A stretch of 64,000 nt of DNA from Chiloscyllium plagiosum (GCF_004010195.1 NC_057718.1:13206963-13270962); one strand, 5' to 3'; shown: positions 14,108 to 27,531, counted from the first letter of the stretch. Notes: a model not told the origin generated them from the sequence alone. Made by a program: numbers and translations.

Positions 14108-15054
14108 TCATAGAGTCATAGAGATGTACAGCATGGAAACAGACCCTTCGGTCCAACCCGTCCATGCCAACCAGATATCCCAACCCAATCTAGTCCCACC
14201 TGCTAGCACCTGGCCCATATCCCTCAAAACCCTTCCTATTCATATAACCATCCAAATGCCTTTTAAATGTTGCAATTGTACCTGCCTCCACCACTTCCTT
14301 TGGCAGCTCATTCCTTACACGTACCACCCTCTGTGTGAAAAAGTTGCCCCTTAGATATCTTTTATATCTTTCCCCTCTCGCCCTAAACCTATGGCCTTTA
14401 GTTCTGGACTCCCCCACCCCAGGGAAAAGACTTTGTTGATTTATCCTATCCATGCCCCTCATGATTTTATAAACCTCTATAAGGTCACCCCTCAGCCTCC
14501 GATGCTCCAGGGAGAACAGCCCCAGCCTGTTCAGCCTCTCCCTTTGGCTCAAATCTTCCAAACCTGGCAACATCTTGCAAGTCTTTTCTGAACCCTTTCA
14601 AGTTTCACAACATCTTTCCGATAGGAAGGAGATCAGAATTGCACGCAATATTCCAACAGTAGCCTAACCAAAATTCCTATACAGCCGCAACATGACCTCC
14701 TAACTCCTGTACTCAATACTCTGACCAATAAAGGAAAACATACTAAATGCCCTCATCACTATCCTATCTACCTGTGACTCCACTTTCAAGTAGCTATGAA
14801 CCTGCACTCCAAGGTCTCTTTGTTCAGCAACACTCCCTCTGACCTTACCATTAAGTGTATAAGTCTTGCTAAGATTTGCTTTCCCAAAATTCAGCACCTC
14901 GCATTTATCTGAATAAAACTCCATCTGCCACTTCTCAGCCCATTGGACAATCTGGTCAAGATCCTGTTGTAATCTGAGGTAACCTTCTTCGCTGTCCACT
15001 GCACCTCCAATTTTGGTGTCATCTGTAAACTTACTAACCATACCTCTTATGCTC
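14108..15054 (-). mobile_element. CR1 (HER1-like) LINE, 5'-truncated
   Basis: ORFs 14700..15065 (KFTDDTKIGG, RDLGVQVH) and 14190..14573 (RRLRGDLIEVYKI, FFTQRVV); (tcatagag)n tail. Confidence 0.95.
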
Positions 15055-15739
15055 AAAACCCCCAACCCTGCCAGAGTGTGCCCATATTGCTTATCGAGTG
15101 AGGTTCAAGCTACGCTGTCCTCTATCCCAAGAGTCACTGTATGCACCTGAAAATGCAAGCACTGGGAGTTGAAAACATCGGTTATCCGCAAAACTGTACC
15201 CTATCAGGCAAGAGACACCTTTGCAAGAAATTAAGTTGGAAAAGAGTAGCCAATAAATTGATGGGAACAAAGGATCAGATTTGTGTTACAAGCATTTCAT
15301 CCATGCTCCCTCCTCCTCACATGTAGTGGCAACTTTACACCAGGTAATAACCCTGACATTACTTTTATTTTAACATCCAAATGAAGTGCAACATTATCAT
15401 TCATTTTGCAGGCACCTGTTTGTTTGAAAATTAGAAACCCATCAGTGGCTGACACAATCCATTTCAATACTTTCTACTTTATTTGCACAAAATGATTTGA
15501 CCTCTATATTACTTACTTTTATGTCATTTGACAATGACAATGCTGAACAACCACACAACAAATGTATGTTCAAAGAGCTTTTTCATACTACAGTGTACAA
15601 CTGGAGGAAAAAAAAGAGACAGACATTTTATCAAAGCTTTTTGTCCTGCATTCATCAGAACCATTTGCAACAATGCTGATAAATGTGGTTTTGGAGATGG
15701 ATGATGAGGGCAAAATGATTTGAAGATGAGTGTTCAGAG

Positions 15740-16285
15740 TATCATCTGCAAAGTTACAGATTTTGCTAAGCGAGGAATGATGCTGAGCGACTTCAGAGGG
15801 ACATTGACAAGTTGGCTAAATGGCACAGGAAATTCAATACAGAAAAATGTGAGGTAATATGTTTTATTAGAAGAAACATGGAGAGACAACACAGGGGTTC
15901 AATGATACAACTTTCAGGGGAGTACAGAAGCAGAGGGACCTGCAGGTTCAGGTGCTTAATTCTCTGAAAGTGGCCAGGCAATTTGTAACAGTTGTTAAGA
16001 AGGCTTGTAGTTGGGTTTATGAATAGAGGCATCAGGTATGAAAGCAAGGAAGTGATGCTACACCTCTATAAAGACCATGTTTGAAGTATCGTGTTGATTT
16101 CTGTGCATCTTATTTAAAGAAGGATATTAAAGCCCCAGAAAGAATGGAAAGGAGACTTATTAGAATGATACCAAGAGTGCCGGATCTTAGGCATAGGGAA
16201 AGATTGGAAAAATTGGGCTTATTCTCCTTGGGCCAGAGAAGATTAAGAGATAACCTTACTGAGATGTTCAAAATTATGAACAATT
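15740..16285 (+). mobile_element. Old CR1 LINE fragment, interrupted by a younger CR1; resumes ~18420-18700
   Basis: ORF 16081..16368 LEKLGLFSLGQRRLRDNLTEMFKIM; downstream part ITRCHNFK...EMRRNFF in ORF 18225..18623. Confidence 0.8.
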
Positions 16286-18420
16286 TAGAGTCATACAATC
16301 AGAGTTGTACAGCAAGGAAACAGACATTTTATCCAATTTATCCATGCCAACCAGATATCCTAAATTAATCTAATCCCATTTGCCAGCATTTGGCCCATAT
16401 CCCTCTAAACCCTTCATATTCCTATACCAATCCAAGTGCCTTTTAAATGTTGTAACTGTACCAGCCTTCACCACTTCCTTTAGCAGCTGGTTCCATACAC
16501 GCACCACCCTCTGTGTGAAAAAGTTGCCCCTTAAGTCTCTTTTAAATCTTTCCCCTCTCACCTTAAACCTGTGTCTTCTAGTTTTGGACTCCCCCACCCC
16601 AGGGAAAAGACCTTGGCTATTCAACCTATCCATGCCCCTCAAAATTTATAAACTTCTACGAGATCACCCCTCAGTCTCCGACATACCAGGGAAAACAACC
16701 CCAGCCTATTCAGCCTCTCCCATTAGCTCAAGCCCTCCAATCCTGACAATATCCTTATCAATCTTTTCTGAACCCTTTCAAGTTTCACATCATCCTTCCT
16801 AAAGCATGGAGACCAGAATGGCAGGCAGAATTCCAAAAGTAGCCTAACCAATTTCCTGTACAACTGCAAACATGACCTCCTAACTCCTATACCTTATGCT
16901 CTGGCCAATAAAGGAAAACATACTAAATGCCTTCTTCACCATCCTATCTACCTTCACTTTAAAGGAACTATGAACCTGCACTCCAAGGTCTCTTTGTTCG
17001 GCAACACTCCCTAGGACCTTACCATTAAGTGTATAAGTCCTGCCCTGATTTGCCTTTCCAAAATGCAGCTATTTACCTAAATTAATTTCCATCTGCCACT
17101 CCTTAGTCCATTGGCCCATCTGATCAGGATCCCATTGTACTCTGAGGTAACCTTCTTTGCTGTCCACTACCCCTCCAATTTTGGTGTCATCTGCAAACTT
17201 ACTAAACTGACCTCCTATGTTCACATCCAAATCATTTATATAAATGACAAAAAGCAGCATACCCAGCACCAATCCTGTGGCACACCATTGGTCACAGGCC
17301 TCCAGGCTGAAAAGCAACCCTCTACCCCTACTTTCAAGCCAGTTCTGTATCCAAATGGCTAGTTGTCCCTGTATTCCATGTGATCAAATCTTGTTAACCA
17401 GTCTACCATGAGGGACCTTGTTCAATGCTTTATTGAAGTCCATATAGATCACGTCCACCGCTCTGCCCTCAACAATCCTCTTCATTAATTCTTCAAAAAA
17501 CTTAATCAAGTTAATGAGACACAAGTTCCCACACACTATCCCTAATCAGTCCTTGCCTTTCCAAATACATGTAAATCCTACCCCTCAGATTCCCTCCAAT
17601 ATCTTGCCCACCATTGATGTCAGTCTCACTGGTCTATTGTTCCCGGGCTTTTTCTGAACCTCCTTTCTAAATAGTGGCACCACGTTAGCCAACCTCCTGT
17701 CTTCCGGCACCTCACTTGTGACTATCGATAATATAAGTATCTCAGCAAGGGGCACAGCAATCTCTTCCCAAGCTTCCTACAGAGTTCAGGGTACTCTTAA
17801 TCAGGTTTCAGGGATTTATCCACCTTATGCATTTTAAAATATCCAGCACCTCCTCCTCCGTAATATGGACATTTTTCAAGATGTCTCTATTTATTTTTCC
17901 ACATTCTCTGTCTTCCATATCCCTCTCCACAGTAAACACTGATGCAAAATACTCGTTTAGTATCTCCCCCATCTCCTGCAGTTTCACACATAGGCTGCCT
18001 TGCTGATCTTTAAGGGGCCCTATTTTCTTCCTTATTACCCTTTTGTCCTTAATGTATTTTTAGAATACCTTTGGATTCTCCTTAACCCTATTTGCAAAGC
18101 TATCTCATACCCCCGTTTTGCCCTCCTGATTTCCTTCTTAAGTATATTCCTACTGCCTTTCCATACTTCTGGGGATTCGCTCAATCTCTGATGTCTGTAC
18201 CTGACATACGCTTCCTTCTTATTCTTGACCAAAACCTCAATTTCTGTAGTCATCCAGAATTCCCTACAAGTACCATCCTTGACCTTTACAGGAATAGGAA
18301 CAGGAACATATTATCTCTGTTCTCTCATCTCATTTTTGAAGGCTTCCCATTTTCTAGCCATCCCTTTAGCCGCAAACATCCACCCCCAATCAACTTTTGA
18401 AAATTCTTGCCTAATTCCAC
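16286..18420 (-). mobile_element. CR1 (HER1-like) LINE, ~2.1 kb, decayed ORF2
   Basis: ORFs 16370..16642, 17069..17317 (FADDTKIGG), 18035..18253; CR1 tail at left end. Confidence 0.93.
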
Positions 18421-18699
18421 GAACTGGTTTATCAATAACTAGGTGCCACAATTTCAAAACTGTCAGCAAGAGAGTTAGGAGCGAGATGAGGAGAAACTTC
18501 TTTATTCAATTGTTAGTATTTGGAATGCACTGCCTGGGAGAGTGGAGGAGGCAGAATGCATTGGAGGTTTCAAAAGATGAATTGGATATATATTTGAAAG
18601 TGATTAACCTAGAGGGCTACTGAGGTAGAGTTGGAGAATGAGACTAGCTACATAGTTCTTTCAGGAGCCGGTACAGACACAACGGATTGAATGGCCTCC

Positions 18700-19130
18700 A
18701 TCTAGAACAAAGATCAGTAGAACACAGGAACAGGACCTTCCCCCTAGCAAGGCTACACTGACACATGATATCTTTCTAAATTGAAAACCTTTGCCTCTAC
18801 ATGGTCGGTAGCCCTCTATTTCCTGCCTATTCATGTATCTGTCAAGGTGCCTCCTAAACATTGCTTTGTATCCATCTCTATCACTTCCTCTGGCAGTGCA
18901 TTCCAGATACTTATCATCCTCTGTGTAAAAAAGCTGCCTCTCACATTTCCTTTAAACTCACCCTCTTTTCCCTCAAACCTATGTCATGTTGTAACCGATA
19001 TTTCTATCCTGGGAATAATCTCTGACTATCCATTCTACTCTCTCATATTTTTGTGAACTTCTATCCTTCATATTCAACTGAAAACAAACAGAGTTTGTCT
19101 GATCTCTCCTCATAGCTCATATTCTCCAAC
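18700..19130 (-). mobile_element. CR1 LINE 3' fragment
   Basis: FRRHLDRYMNRQEIEGY (ORF 18661..18861); same subfamily tail as 40560-40700. Confidence 0.8.
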
Positions 19131-19215
19131 TTATACAGCCCAGAAACAGACCCTTCATCCAACTCATCCATGCTAACCAATTTCCCAAACTAAACTAGTC
19201 CCATTTCATAGAAGC

Positions 19216-19424
19216 TGAAATAGCCGCACAAAGGCAGGTATCCCATCACCAAGTCACCCTTCATTTACATGTATACATAGGCTCTGACTAGCTAGCTCGC
19301 AGAGGAGACTCTTTGACACTCTTGTTTATATCTGTCAGCTCAGGGCTCCCTGATTGGCCCCTGTTAACAACCTCAATCAAGAATCTCATTCTATGAGATC
19401 CACCTGGCCCTTGTTCAAATCACA
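19216..19424 (-). mobile_element. Solo LTR (same family as 32282-32700)
   Basis: Minus strand TGTGATT...ggccaatcagggagccc...gatataaac...gtaaatgaagggtgacttggtgatggg...tatttCA: TG..CA ends, CCAAT, TATA-like and decayed polyA signals. Confidence 0.7.
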
Positions 19425-19427
19425 GTC

Positions 19428-19712
19428 GAATCATAGAATCGCTACAGCATGGAAGCAGGCCATTCGGCTCATCGAGTCCACACCGATTGTCTGAAGAACG
19501 TTCCATCCAGCCTCACTCCTCCCAACCCTATCCCTGTTACTGTACACTTGCCATGGCCAATCCACCTAAACTGCACATCTTTGGACTGCAAGAGGAAACC
19601 CATGCAGGCGTGGGAAGAATGTGAAAACTCCACACAGACAGTTACCTGAGGATGGAAATGACCATGGGTCCTGGCGCTATGAGGCAGCAGTGCTAACCGC
19701 TGAGACATCGTG
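19428..19712 (-). mobile_element. HE1-type V-SINE
   Basis: Reverse complement of tRNA-like head and V-domain; CR1-like tail. Confidence 0.85.
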
Positions 19713-21524
19713 TCCCTCCAGATGCTTGCATCTGGTCCATATTCCTCAAAACCTTTCTTACACATGTGCCTGTTCAAGTGACTTTTATATGATGTAAATG
19801 TAACTGCATATGCCACTTCCTCTAACAGTTCATTCTATATACGTACCACCCTCTTGTGTGAAAAAGTTGTTCCTTCGGTCGCTTTTATATCTTTTTCCTC
19901 TCACTTTAAATCTATGCCCTCTACTTTTGAGCTGCTGTACCCTAGGAAAAAGCCCTTTGCTTTTCATCTTATCTATGCCCCTTATATATGCTCTTATAAA
20001 TCTGTATAAGGTAATCCCTCAATCTCCTACGCTTGAGGGAAAAAAGTCCCAGACTATCCAGTCCTTGTTTATAACTCAAACCCTCCTTCTGATAATGTGG
20101 TGACCAGAACTGTATGCAACATTCCAAATGTGGCCTAACTAAAGTTCTATATAGCTGCAAAATTACTTGCAGATTTTTATACTCTATGCACCAAATGAAG
20201 CCAAGTATACCATATGCTTTCTTGACCACCTTATCCATTTGCGTTGCCACTTTCAGGGAATTGTGGACCTGTAAAGCTATATGTTGATGCTACTGTGGGT
20301 ACTGCCATTTAGTGTATACTTCTCTCCTGCATTCAATCTTCCACAATGCATCACCTCGCATTTGTCCAGATTATACTCCAACTATCACTTATCTGCCCAA
20401 GTCTCCAGCCTCTCTATATCCTGCTATATCCTCTGGCAATCCTTCTCACTATTCTCAGCTCCCCCAATCTTTTTATCACCCACAAACTTATTCATCAGGC
20501 CACTAATACTCTCCTCCATATCATTTACATATACTACAAACAATAGGGTGTCCAGCACTGATCCCTGCGGAACACCACTGGTCACAGATCTCCAGTCAGA
20601 AATACACCCTTCAACCATTCCTGTCTGTCTTCCATGACCAAGCCTGTTCCGCATCCACTTTACCTAGCATACAAAAATTTTGTACAGGGCCCCAACAATA
20701 TCCTCACCTGCCTCCCTCAGTATTCTGGGATAGATCCCATCAGGTGCCTGGGGACTTGTCTACCTGAATGTTTTTCAAAACACCCAACACCTTTTTTATA
20801 TTGACATACCCGAGAATATTAAGATTACCACTCCCAAGACTCACCACCCATTATGTCCTTCTCCATTATGAACATCAATGCAAAGCATTCGTTAAAGACT
20901 TCAGCCACTTCCTCCGGCTCCTTGGAAAAATTCTCTCCTTTGTCCTTGAGTGGGCCTACCCTTTCTCTAGCTATCCTCTTGTTCTTTATATCAGTATCAA
21001 CCCTTTGGGATTTTTCTTAACCCTGTTGGCCAAGGACATTTCTTGTCCTCTTTTAGACATTTTAATTCCTTGCTTAAGTTGTTTCCTGTTTCCTTTATAT
21101 TCTTTGAGAGCTCTGTTTATCTCATTTTCCTGAACCTGATGTAACGCCTCCTTTTTGTTTTTGACTAAGCCCTCAATTTCTCTTGTCATCCAATGTTCCC
21201 GAATCTTACCATCCTTATCCTTCATTTTCACAGGAACATGCTGATCCTGAACACTAATCAACTGGCTTTTAAAAATTCCCACACGAAGATGTGGATTTAC
21301 CCTCAAACAGCTGTCTCTAATCTACATCCCCCAGTTCCTGCCCAATACTGTGGTAGTTAGCCTTCCCCCAATTTAACATTTTCACCCAAAGACTACTCTT
21401 ATCCTTTTCCATAAATAACTTAAAACTTATGGAATTGTGGTCACTGTTCCTGAAATGCTCCCCCACTGAAACTTTGACCATTTGGCCAGGCTCATTCCCT
21501 AATACCAGTCTAATATGGTCCATT

Positions 21525-21660
21525 AGGAGAAAGTGAGGACTGAAGATTCTGGAGATCAGAGTCAAAGAGTATGGTGCTGGAAAAGCACAGCCGGTCAGGC
21601 AGCATCTGAGGAGCAGGAGAATCAACATTTCGAGCATAAGCCCTTCATCAGGAGTGAGAG
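21525..21660 (-). mobile_element. Penelope terminal-repeat element (family A) with hammerhead core, 9-bp TSD
   Basis: Flanked by tggtccatt (21516-21524, 21661-21669); minus strand cctgatgaagggcttatgctcgaaatgttgattctc. Confidence 0.85.
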
Positions 21661-22278
21661 TGGTCCATTCCCAAGATGGACTATTTACATATTGTTTCAA
21701 AAAAATCCAGGACATACCTAACAAATCCTGTACTGTAAAATTCTATGATCTATAATTCTAATACCTTTTCCATTGTATAAGAGACAAGTGCTGATTGGTT
21801 GGCAAGTGGATTCTGATTGACAGAGATATTGCCAGCATTTAATGATTATTGACAGTTAACTGCCAGGCTTTGTTTAGAATTCAAACCAGGTAGATGGATC
21901 AGGGACATGTTTCTTTCCATGTGCAAAGATCAAGACCCTGAGTGTTAATGTGTGCAGCTTCCAGTTGCATGAATGCGCTGATGCAACCCCATTGATCATC
22001 CTCAATTGGCTGTCAGTGTAAGGGTTGGTTTTCCCCATTATTGGTGCTTGTTGCAAATTTTCTTGATGCATACAGGACAAAGTCTTGGCAAAATATATCT
22101 TTTTTCAGCAATAGCGAAGTATATACTCATTACCACCAGAGTCTCTTCATAGGAAAATAATTATACAGCAATTATTTTGTTATGAAGATTTGACCATGGA
22201 AGAGTTGTGTGGAAATAGTCACAGAATAGATGCACTCACTTTGTTTTCAAATTTAAAAACGTAACAGGAACTCTGTAC

Positions 22279-22355
22279 CTCATTACTTTTCCATTTTCAA
22301 CGTAATACTGCACCCTGAAACAAACCATGAAAGGAGCACTAAACTTTTCATTGTT
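22279..22355 (-). CDS. FRMD1: FRMD1 coding exon 4: NNEKFSAPFMVCFRVQYYVENGKVM
   Basis: ttttaacAG / GTACAG; 77 nt, phase 0->2; FRVQYYVENG FERM motif. Confidence 0.93.
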
Positions 22356-22777
22356 CTGTTAAAAAAAAGGAAAAGGGGAACAAAAAAAAGAGGCAGTGTC
22401 ACTAGAACATAATAATACATTTCTGCTGAGATTAAAATTCCAATTTAAACCTAACCTACAAGAGTGGGGATGGGGTAGGGACTGTTTCACGTAATTAGCT
22501 TTATCATCTGCTGAGTTCAGTTTATGTTCTCTACTTCTATATACCTGGTTTGATTTGGAGTAACATTCTTGGGTCTACCACATTTATAAAGTGCCTTTGC
22601 CATTAACAAACCAATCCGAGTGAGTCACATTGGGGATAAAGTGTCAGAAGCAGGATTACAGAAGGTGGTCAAAGATGCTGTTGAAGTGACAAGTGGACAA
22701 CAGACCCAAATTCACTCCAGAGCAAAACCTCACAGTCTTGCAGCAGATTTGGATCCAATTAGTTCATAATGTCCAGT

Positions 22778-22990
22778 GGGGGACAGTTAGCTCAGGTCGT
22801 TAGAAACCAAGAGTGTGTCACAGAATGACATTCAGGGTTTAACCCCTTTACCAACTGCCCTGGTTTATGGAGGTCCTGTTCCAGGACCTCTGCCCCATGC
22901 TTAAAGTGGAATAGGGCCCCTCAAGCTATGTAATCAATTGTCACCCCCTAATGGGACAGCAATATCCATAGTCTTATGTGATTATCTACT
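22778..22990 (+). mobile_element. Diverged tRNA-derived SINE (non-HE1 family)
   Basis: ggggacagttagctcagg head and a decayed B-box (gggtttaacccc). Confidence 0.5.
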
Positions 22991-23152
22991 GTTCAAATAC
23001 AAAGATATACAAAATTATTGTGCCACTGAGTTCTCAGTTTTGTTTTTAAAAAGGTACCTAGTGACAGCATTTCAATTGCAAAACAAGACACACAAAAATC
23101 CACAAATCAGGCAAACATAGTAATTCAAAGTAGGCTACACAGTCAAAAGTCA

Positions 23153-23290
<138 letters not shown>

Positions 23291-23754
23291 TCAGGATGAG
23301 TGAAGGACAATGCAAGCCAAATTGCTGAGCAGCATAATGTCACAATGTGAACAAGAAATCACTTTGTAAATAACAGATGTGTTAAAATGCTCGATAAATC
23401 CATCTTGGCTGGAATGCTTTCTGCAACTAGCTCATATTCAGGAGAATGAATGGGTGTGGCAGTAGTAGTGAATTGGGGAGGCATGGAATTTAGAATTTTA
23501 CCCTCGCCCCAAATTACTGTTGGCCAGGGAAGTAAAAGGCTGTTGGCAGCTTCTGTGGAACTGTGCACTGTCAAAAGCAAAAAGGGAGAAGCAATGAAAA
23601 ACCTTTCCCCGCCACTCAAAATGTGCTCCACACTCATTAGTCACTCATAAGCTATTTCATAAAACCTGTCACTGCTTAACTTGTACTCAGTCCTTTTGTC
23701 CAGTAGTTTTCTTGGGTCTGTTGAAAACCTTCTTCTTAATCCTAGCAGTACCAC

Positions 23755-24095
23755 GGGGCAGCACAGTGGCTCAGTGGGATGGCACAGTGGCTCAATGGTT
23801 AGCACTGCTGCCCACAATGCCAGGAAGCCAGGTTTGATTCCAGCCTCAGGTGACTGTCTGTATGGAGTTTGTACATTCTCCTCATGTCCTCTGGGTGCTC
23901 TGGTTTCCTCCCACAATCCAAAGATGTACAGGTTAGGTGGGTCAGCTATGCTAAACCGCCCAGTGTTCAGGGATGTGTAGGTTAGGTACATTAGCCATGG
24001 GAAGTGGGGGAATGGGTCTGGGTAGGATGATCTTTGGAGGAATGGTGTGTACTTGTTGGGCTGTTTGGCCTGTTTCCACACTCTTGGGAATCGGT
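23755..24095 (+). mobile_element. HE1-type V-SINE with duplicated 5' head
   Basis: Head repeat 23755-23775/23776-23796, then V-domain and tail. Confidence 0.88.
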
Positions 24096-26038
24096 TAAAA
24101 AAACTCTTTACGTGCTCATTTAATCATATCAACTTCCATTACCCTTAGTCCCTTCTGATTTATCCCAGCAATACTTCCTTAAGTATTTAATGGTCTATTG
24201 AACATTTCGCACTAAAAACTAAATATTTTAAACTGTAACATAATTATGTCACACTTTTTTGCATACCTTCCATTCCATTGATATTAATCATCTAATCCTA
24301 AATCATCCTCTTCGCAAAAAATGCATCCAAGTTAGCACTTTAGCTGCTTCACAGATGAATAACAAATCCTGTCGAACTTCTACAGATAAGTATACATCTC
24401 CATTTTCTCCTGAATCTTTCCCAGAGACTGTCTAACTAATTGCACTGTTCTACAATTATCATCCTGGCCTTGTAACAGGCTTCCCCGACAGAATATTTTG
24501 CAGCACTCCTCTGCTTTTGTTTACGAGCCATGAGCACCATCTGTCAACAGGAGGTTCTTTTACACATCACCCTCCTGATGACACAGAGCTTTCAGCTGGT
24601 TATCCTATAGCCCAAGGGAGATTCATAAGTGATTAAGTAAAGCAGTCAGAATTGGAGAGCACGGTGCATGGGAAAACACAGAAACGAACAATTCAGCACA
24701 CTTCCGATTTGAATACGGACACACAAATTCCCTTTCAACTTGATTTCCAACTATTCAGAATTCCAAATCCACAATCTGACTGAAAAATCAATCCACCTTA
24801 TTGAAGCAGAAAAACAGTTTCCAGACTTCCACTGCAAATTAACTGAATGACCAGCAAGTGTTTCTCAATGAGCACTTTAAAAATTGTGCAATTGAAAATA
24901 TTAAACTTCCTTCAAATTAAATTCTTGCAATGAAGTAGTACCACACAGGGCTAGAAGCACCTGCATACCATCTCCAATGTTTACTGCATAGAAGGAGGCC
25001 ATTCAGCCCATCATGCCTGTGCCAGTCAACAAAGATCTGGCCAAGCTAATCCAATTTTGGTCCACAGCCCTGAGGCCTATGCCAACACAAATTAATATCT
25101 AAATATTGCTTCAATGTTCCGAGAGTTTCTGACGCCACCACCCTTTCAGGCAGGAAAATTCAGGCACCCAAGTGGAAAGATTTCTCCTCAGCCTCCTTCT
25201 CAGGAGTGATGCAGAGATGACTGTGATGAGCAGGATAATCACCCTGCCAGAGTGGCAACTGACTGGTCATCACCAGATGGGAGAGGAAGGCCTTTGAATA
25301 AAGGAGCAATTTCAAGAGCAGGTCATCTACTGGGTGGAGCAGAGATCGTGATGGACAGAGGCTGGTGGCAGAGTCTTGCTGCCCATTGCCCTGCACTGAA
25401 CCGGACTGGACTGGACTGGTTTCAAAAGGAGCAGTCTAACAGAGCACAGAATTTTCCATCCTTCAGGACTAAAACTCGTCAAAAGACCAATAAATTTGAA
25501 CAGGCAAGTCCCAAATAATTGAGCATGAAGCGTTCACTTCCTGTGGACACTGAAGAAGAAACCAAAGACACACTGACCTGTATTCCATCCCAGTTGTCAA
25601 ATATCATATCATTCTGTATTACTCTTACCACCATTTCTCCAGCTGCTATTGTTATACATACTTAACAAGTAAGCTGACAGCGCGTTCACCACTTTGAATT
25701 GCTTTATAATTTATATGTGAAGCTCAAATGATTAAAGCACCAAGATCCACAAGGGACAGGATGGTTTCAGGTTTGATTTCTACTTTAGTCATAGAGTCAT
25801 AGAGTCCCTACAGCACCGAGACAGGCCCTTTGGCCCAAACTGGTCGATGTTGAATAAAGTGTCCATCAACGCTAACCCCATTTCCCTGCACTGGACCCAT
25901 GTCCTTCTAAATCTTTTATTTAGCAGATCTCATCTAAGGCTGAAGTCTAAGGCTAGCATCTAAGGCTAAGAGGGTGCTGGAGTTACCTCATTAAGCTGGA
26001 GTAAGAGAACAGAAAAGAGAGAACATTTAAAATACCAG

Positions 26039-26246
26039 AGTCAAAGAGTGTGATGCAGGAAAAGCACAGCCTGTCAGGCAGCATCTGAGGAGCAGGAGAG
26101 TCAGCAAAGGAATTCCTGAAGAAGGGCTTATGCCAGAAACATCAACTCTTCTGCTCCTCGGATGCTGCCTGACCACTGGGCTTTTCCAACACCACACTCT
26201 TCGACTCTGATCTCCAGCATCTGCAGTCCTCCTTTTCTCCCAGTTG
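26039..26246 (+). mobile_element. Fold-back Penelope terminal element (family A), hammerhead core, ~14-bp TSD
   Basis: atttaaaataccag (26025-26038) / atttaaaaataccag (26247-26261); core ctgaagaagggcttatgccagaaacatc; left part is an inverted copy of the right part. Confidence 0.85.
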
Positions 26247-26337
26247 ATTTAAAAATACCAGCCAATGTTCCTGTTCCTACCACCATCTCCTGATCCTTAC
26301 TCTGAAAGGGAGCACATAATAATGTCACACAAGGTTG

Positions 26338-26656
26338 GAATTAGATTAGATTAGATTACTTACAGTGTGGAAACAGGCCCTTTGGGCCAACAAGTCCACA
26401 TCGACCCTCCGAAGAGCAACCCACCTAGACCCATTCCCCTACATTTACCCCTTCACCTAACATTATGGGCAATTTAGCATGGCCAATTCACCTAACCTGC
26501 ACATTTTTGGACTGTGGGAGGAAACCAGAGCACCCGGAGGAAACCCACGCAGACACAGGGGAGAATGTGCAAACTCCGCACAAATAGTTGCCTGAGGTGG
26601 GAATTGAACCCAGGTCTCTGGCACTGTGAGGCAGCAGTGCTAACCACTGTGCCACA
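26338..26656 (-). mobile_element. HE1-type V-SINE (young)
   Basis: Near-canonical head/V-domain on minus strand; (ttaga)n tail. Confidence 0.93.
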
Positions 26657-26708
26657 ATTAGACTGACGTCAAGACTGTGTAATTATAAAATTATACATTT
26701 TGTAAAGA

Positions 26709-27027
26709 TGGGCGGCACGGTGGCTCAGTGGTTAGCACTGCTGCCTCAAAGCGCCAGAGACCCAGATTCAATTCTCGCCTCAGGCTACTGTCTGTGTGGA
26801 GTTTGCACATTCTCCCCGTGTCTGCGTGGGTTTCCTCCGGGTGCTCCAGTTTCCTCCCACAGTCCAAAAATGTGCAGGTTAGGTGAATTGGCCATGCTAA
26901 ATTGCCCGTAGTGTTGAGTGAAGTGGTAAACGTAAGGGAATGTGTCTGGGTGGATTGCTGTTCGGAGGATCAGTGTGGACTTGTTGGGCCGAAGGGCCTG
27001 TTTCCACAATGTAAGTAATCTAATCTA
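26709..27027 (+). mobile_element. HE1-type V-SINE (young)
   Basis: gggcggcacggtggctcagtggttagcactgctgcc head; V-domain gtgtggagtttgcacattctccccgtgtctgcgtgggtttcctccggg; (taatc)n tail. Confidence 0.95.
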
Positions 27028-27528
27028 AAAGAAGGCAAAAATGGACACAATTCTGAAAAGTTAATCCTAGAAGTCACAAGACTGTCCTTTTTGATTCAGT
27101 ACAGCAGAAAAAAAACAAGCAGACTAATGCTTTATCTCAGAATTAACCACAAAGTGATATGTTTAGAATTAAATGAACCTTGGATAATAACTCCTTGTAG
27201 CATGAGAATTCAAAGCTTCTGAGAGAGAAAGAAAAGGAGACAGGAAGGACATTGGAGAGATCTCCAGCGTAATTGACCTTGTTTCATGGAACAATGATTG
27301 ACCAAAGTTAATACAGCAGCCATATTATTTTGACTGTGGGAACATAAGATATGAGACCATTTTGTCAGAATGTCCTAGGATGGGAAAATGAAAAACACCC
27401 TCAGAAAAAGAGTTCTTAGCCATGGGGATGACAAAGAGAAAGACTATCATAAATCAATTCTATTTTCCCAGAAAAGCACAGATGAACAAAATGTGCCATA
27501 ACCGCATAACCTATGAACAACAAGAAAC

Positions 27529-27531
<3 letters not shown>

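Larger units (their letters stand above)
19130..21730 (-). mobile_element. CR1 LINE (endonuclease-to-tail remnant) hosting nested solo LTR, HE1 SINE and Penelope element
   Basis: [35 protein letters not shown]...SDHNSISF motifs in ORFs 19969..20250, 20424..20654, 21317..21724. Confidence 0.88.

Noticed and set aside
15095..15320. Segment that looks like an ancient conserved SINE-like repeat (ggttcaagc B-box-like start)
   Set aside because: Single copy in the window and family not identifiable without a Dfam search.
26709..26785. tRNA-like A/B boxes as tRNA genes
   Set aside because: They are HE1 SINE heads continuing into the V-domain and LINE-like tail.
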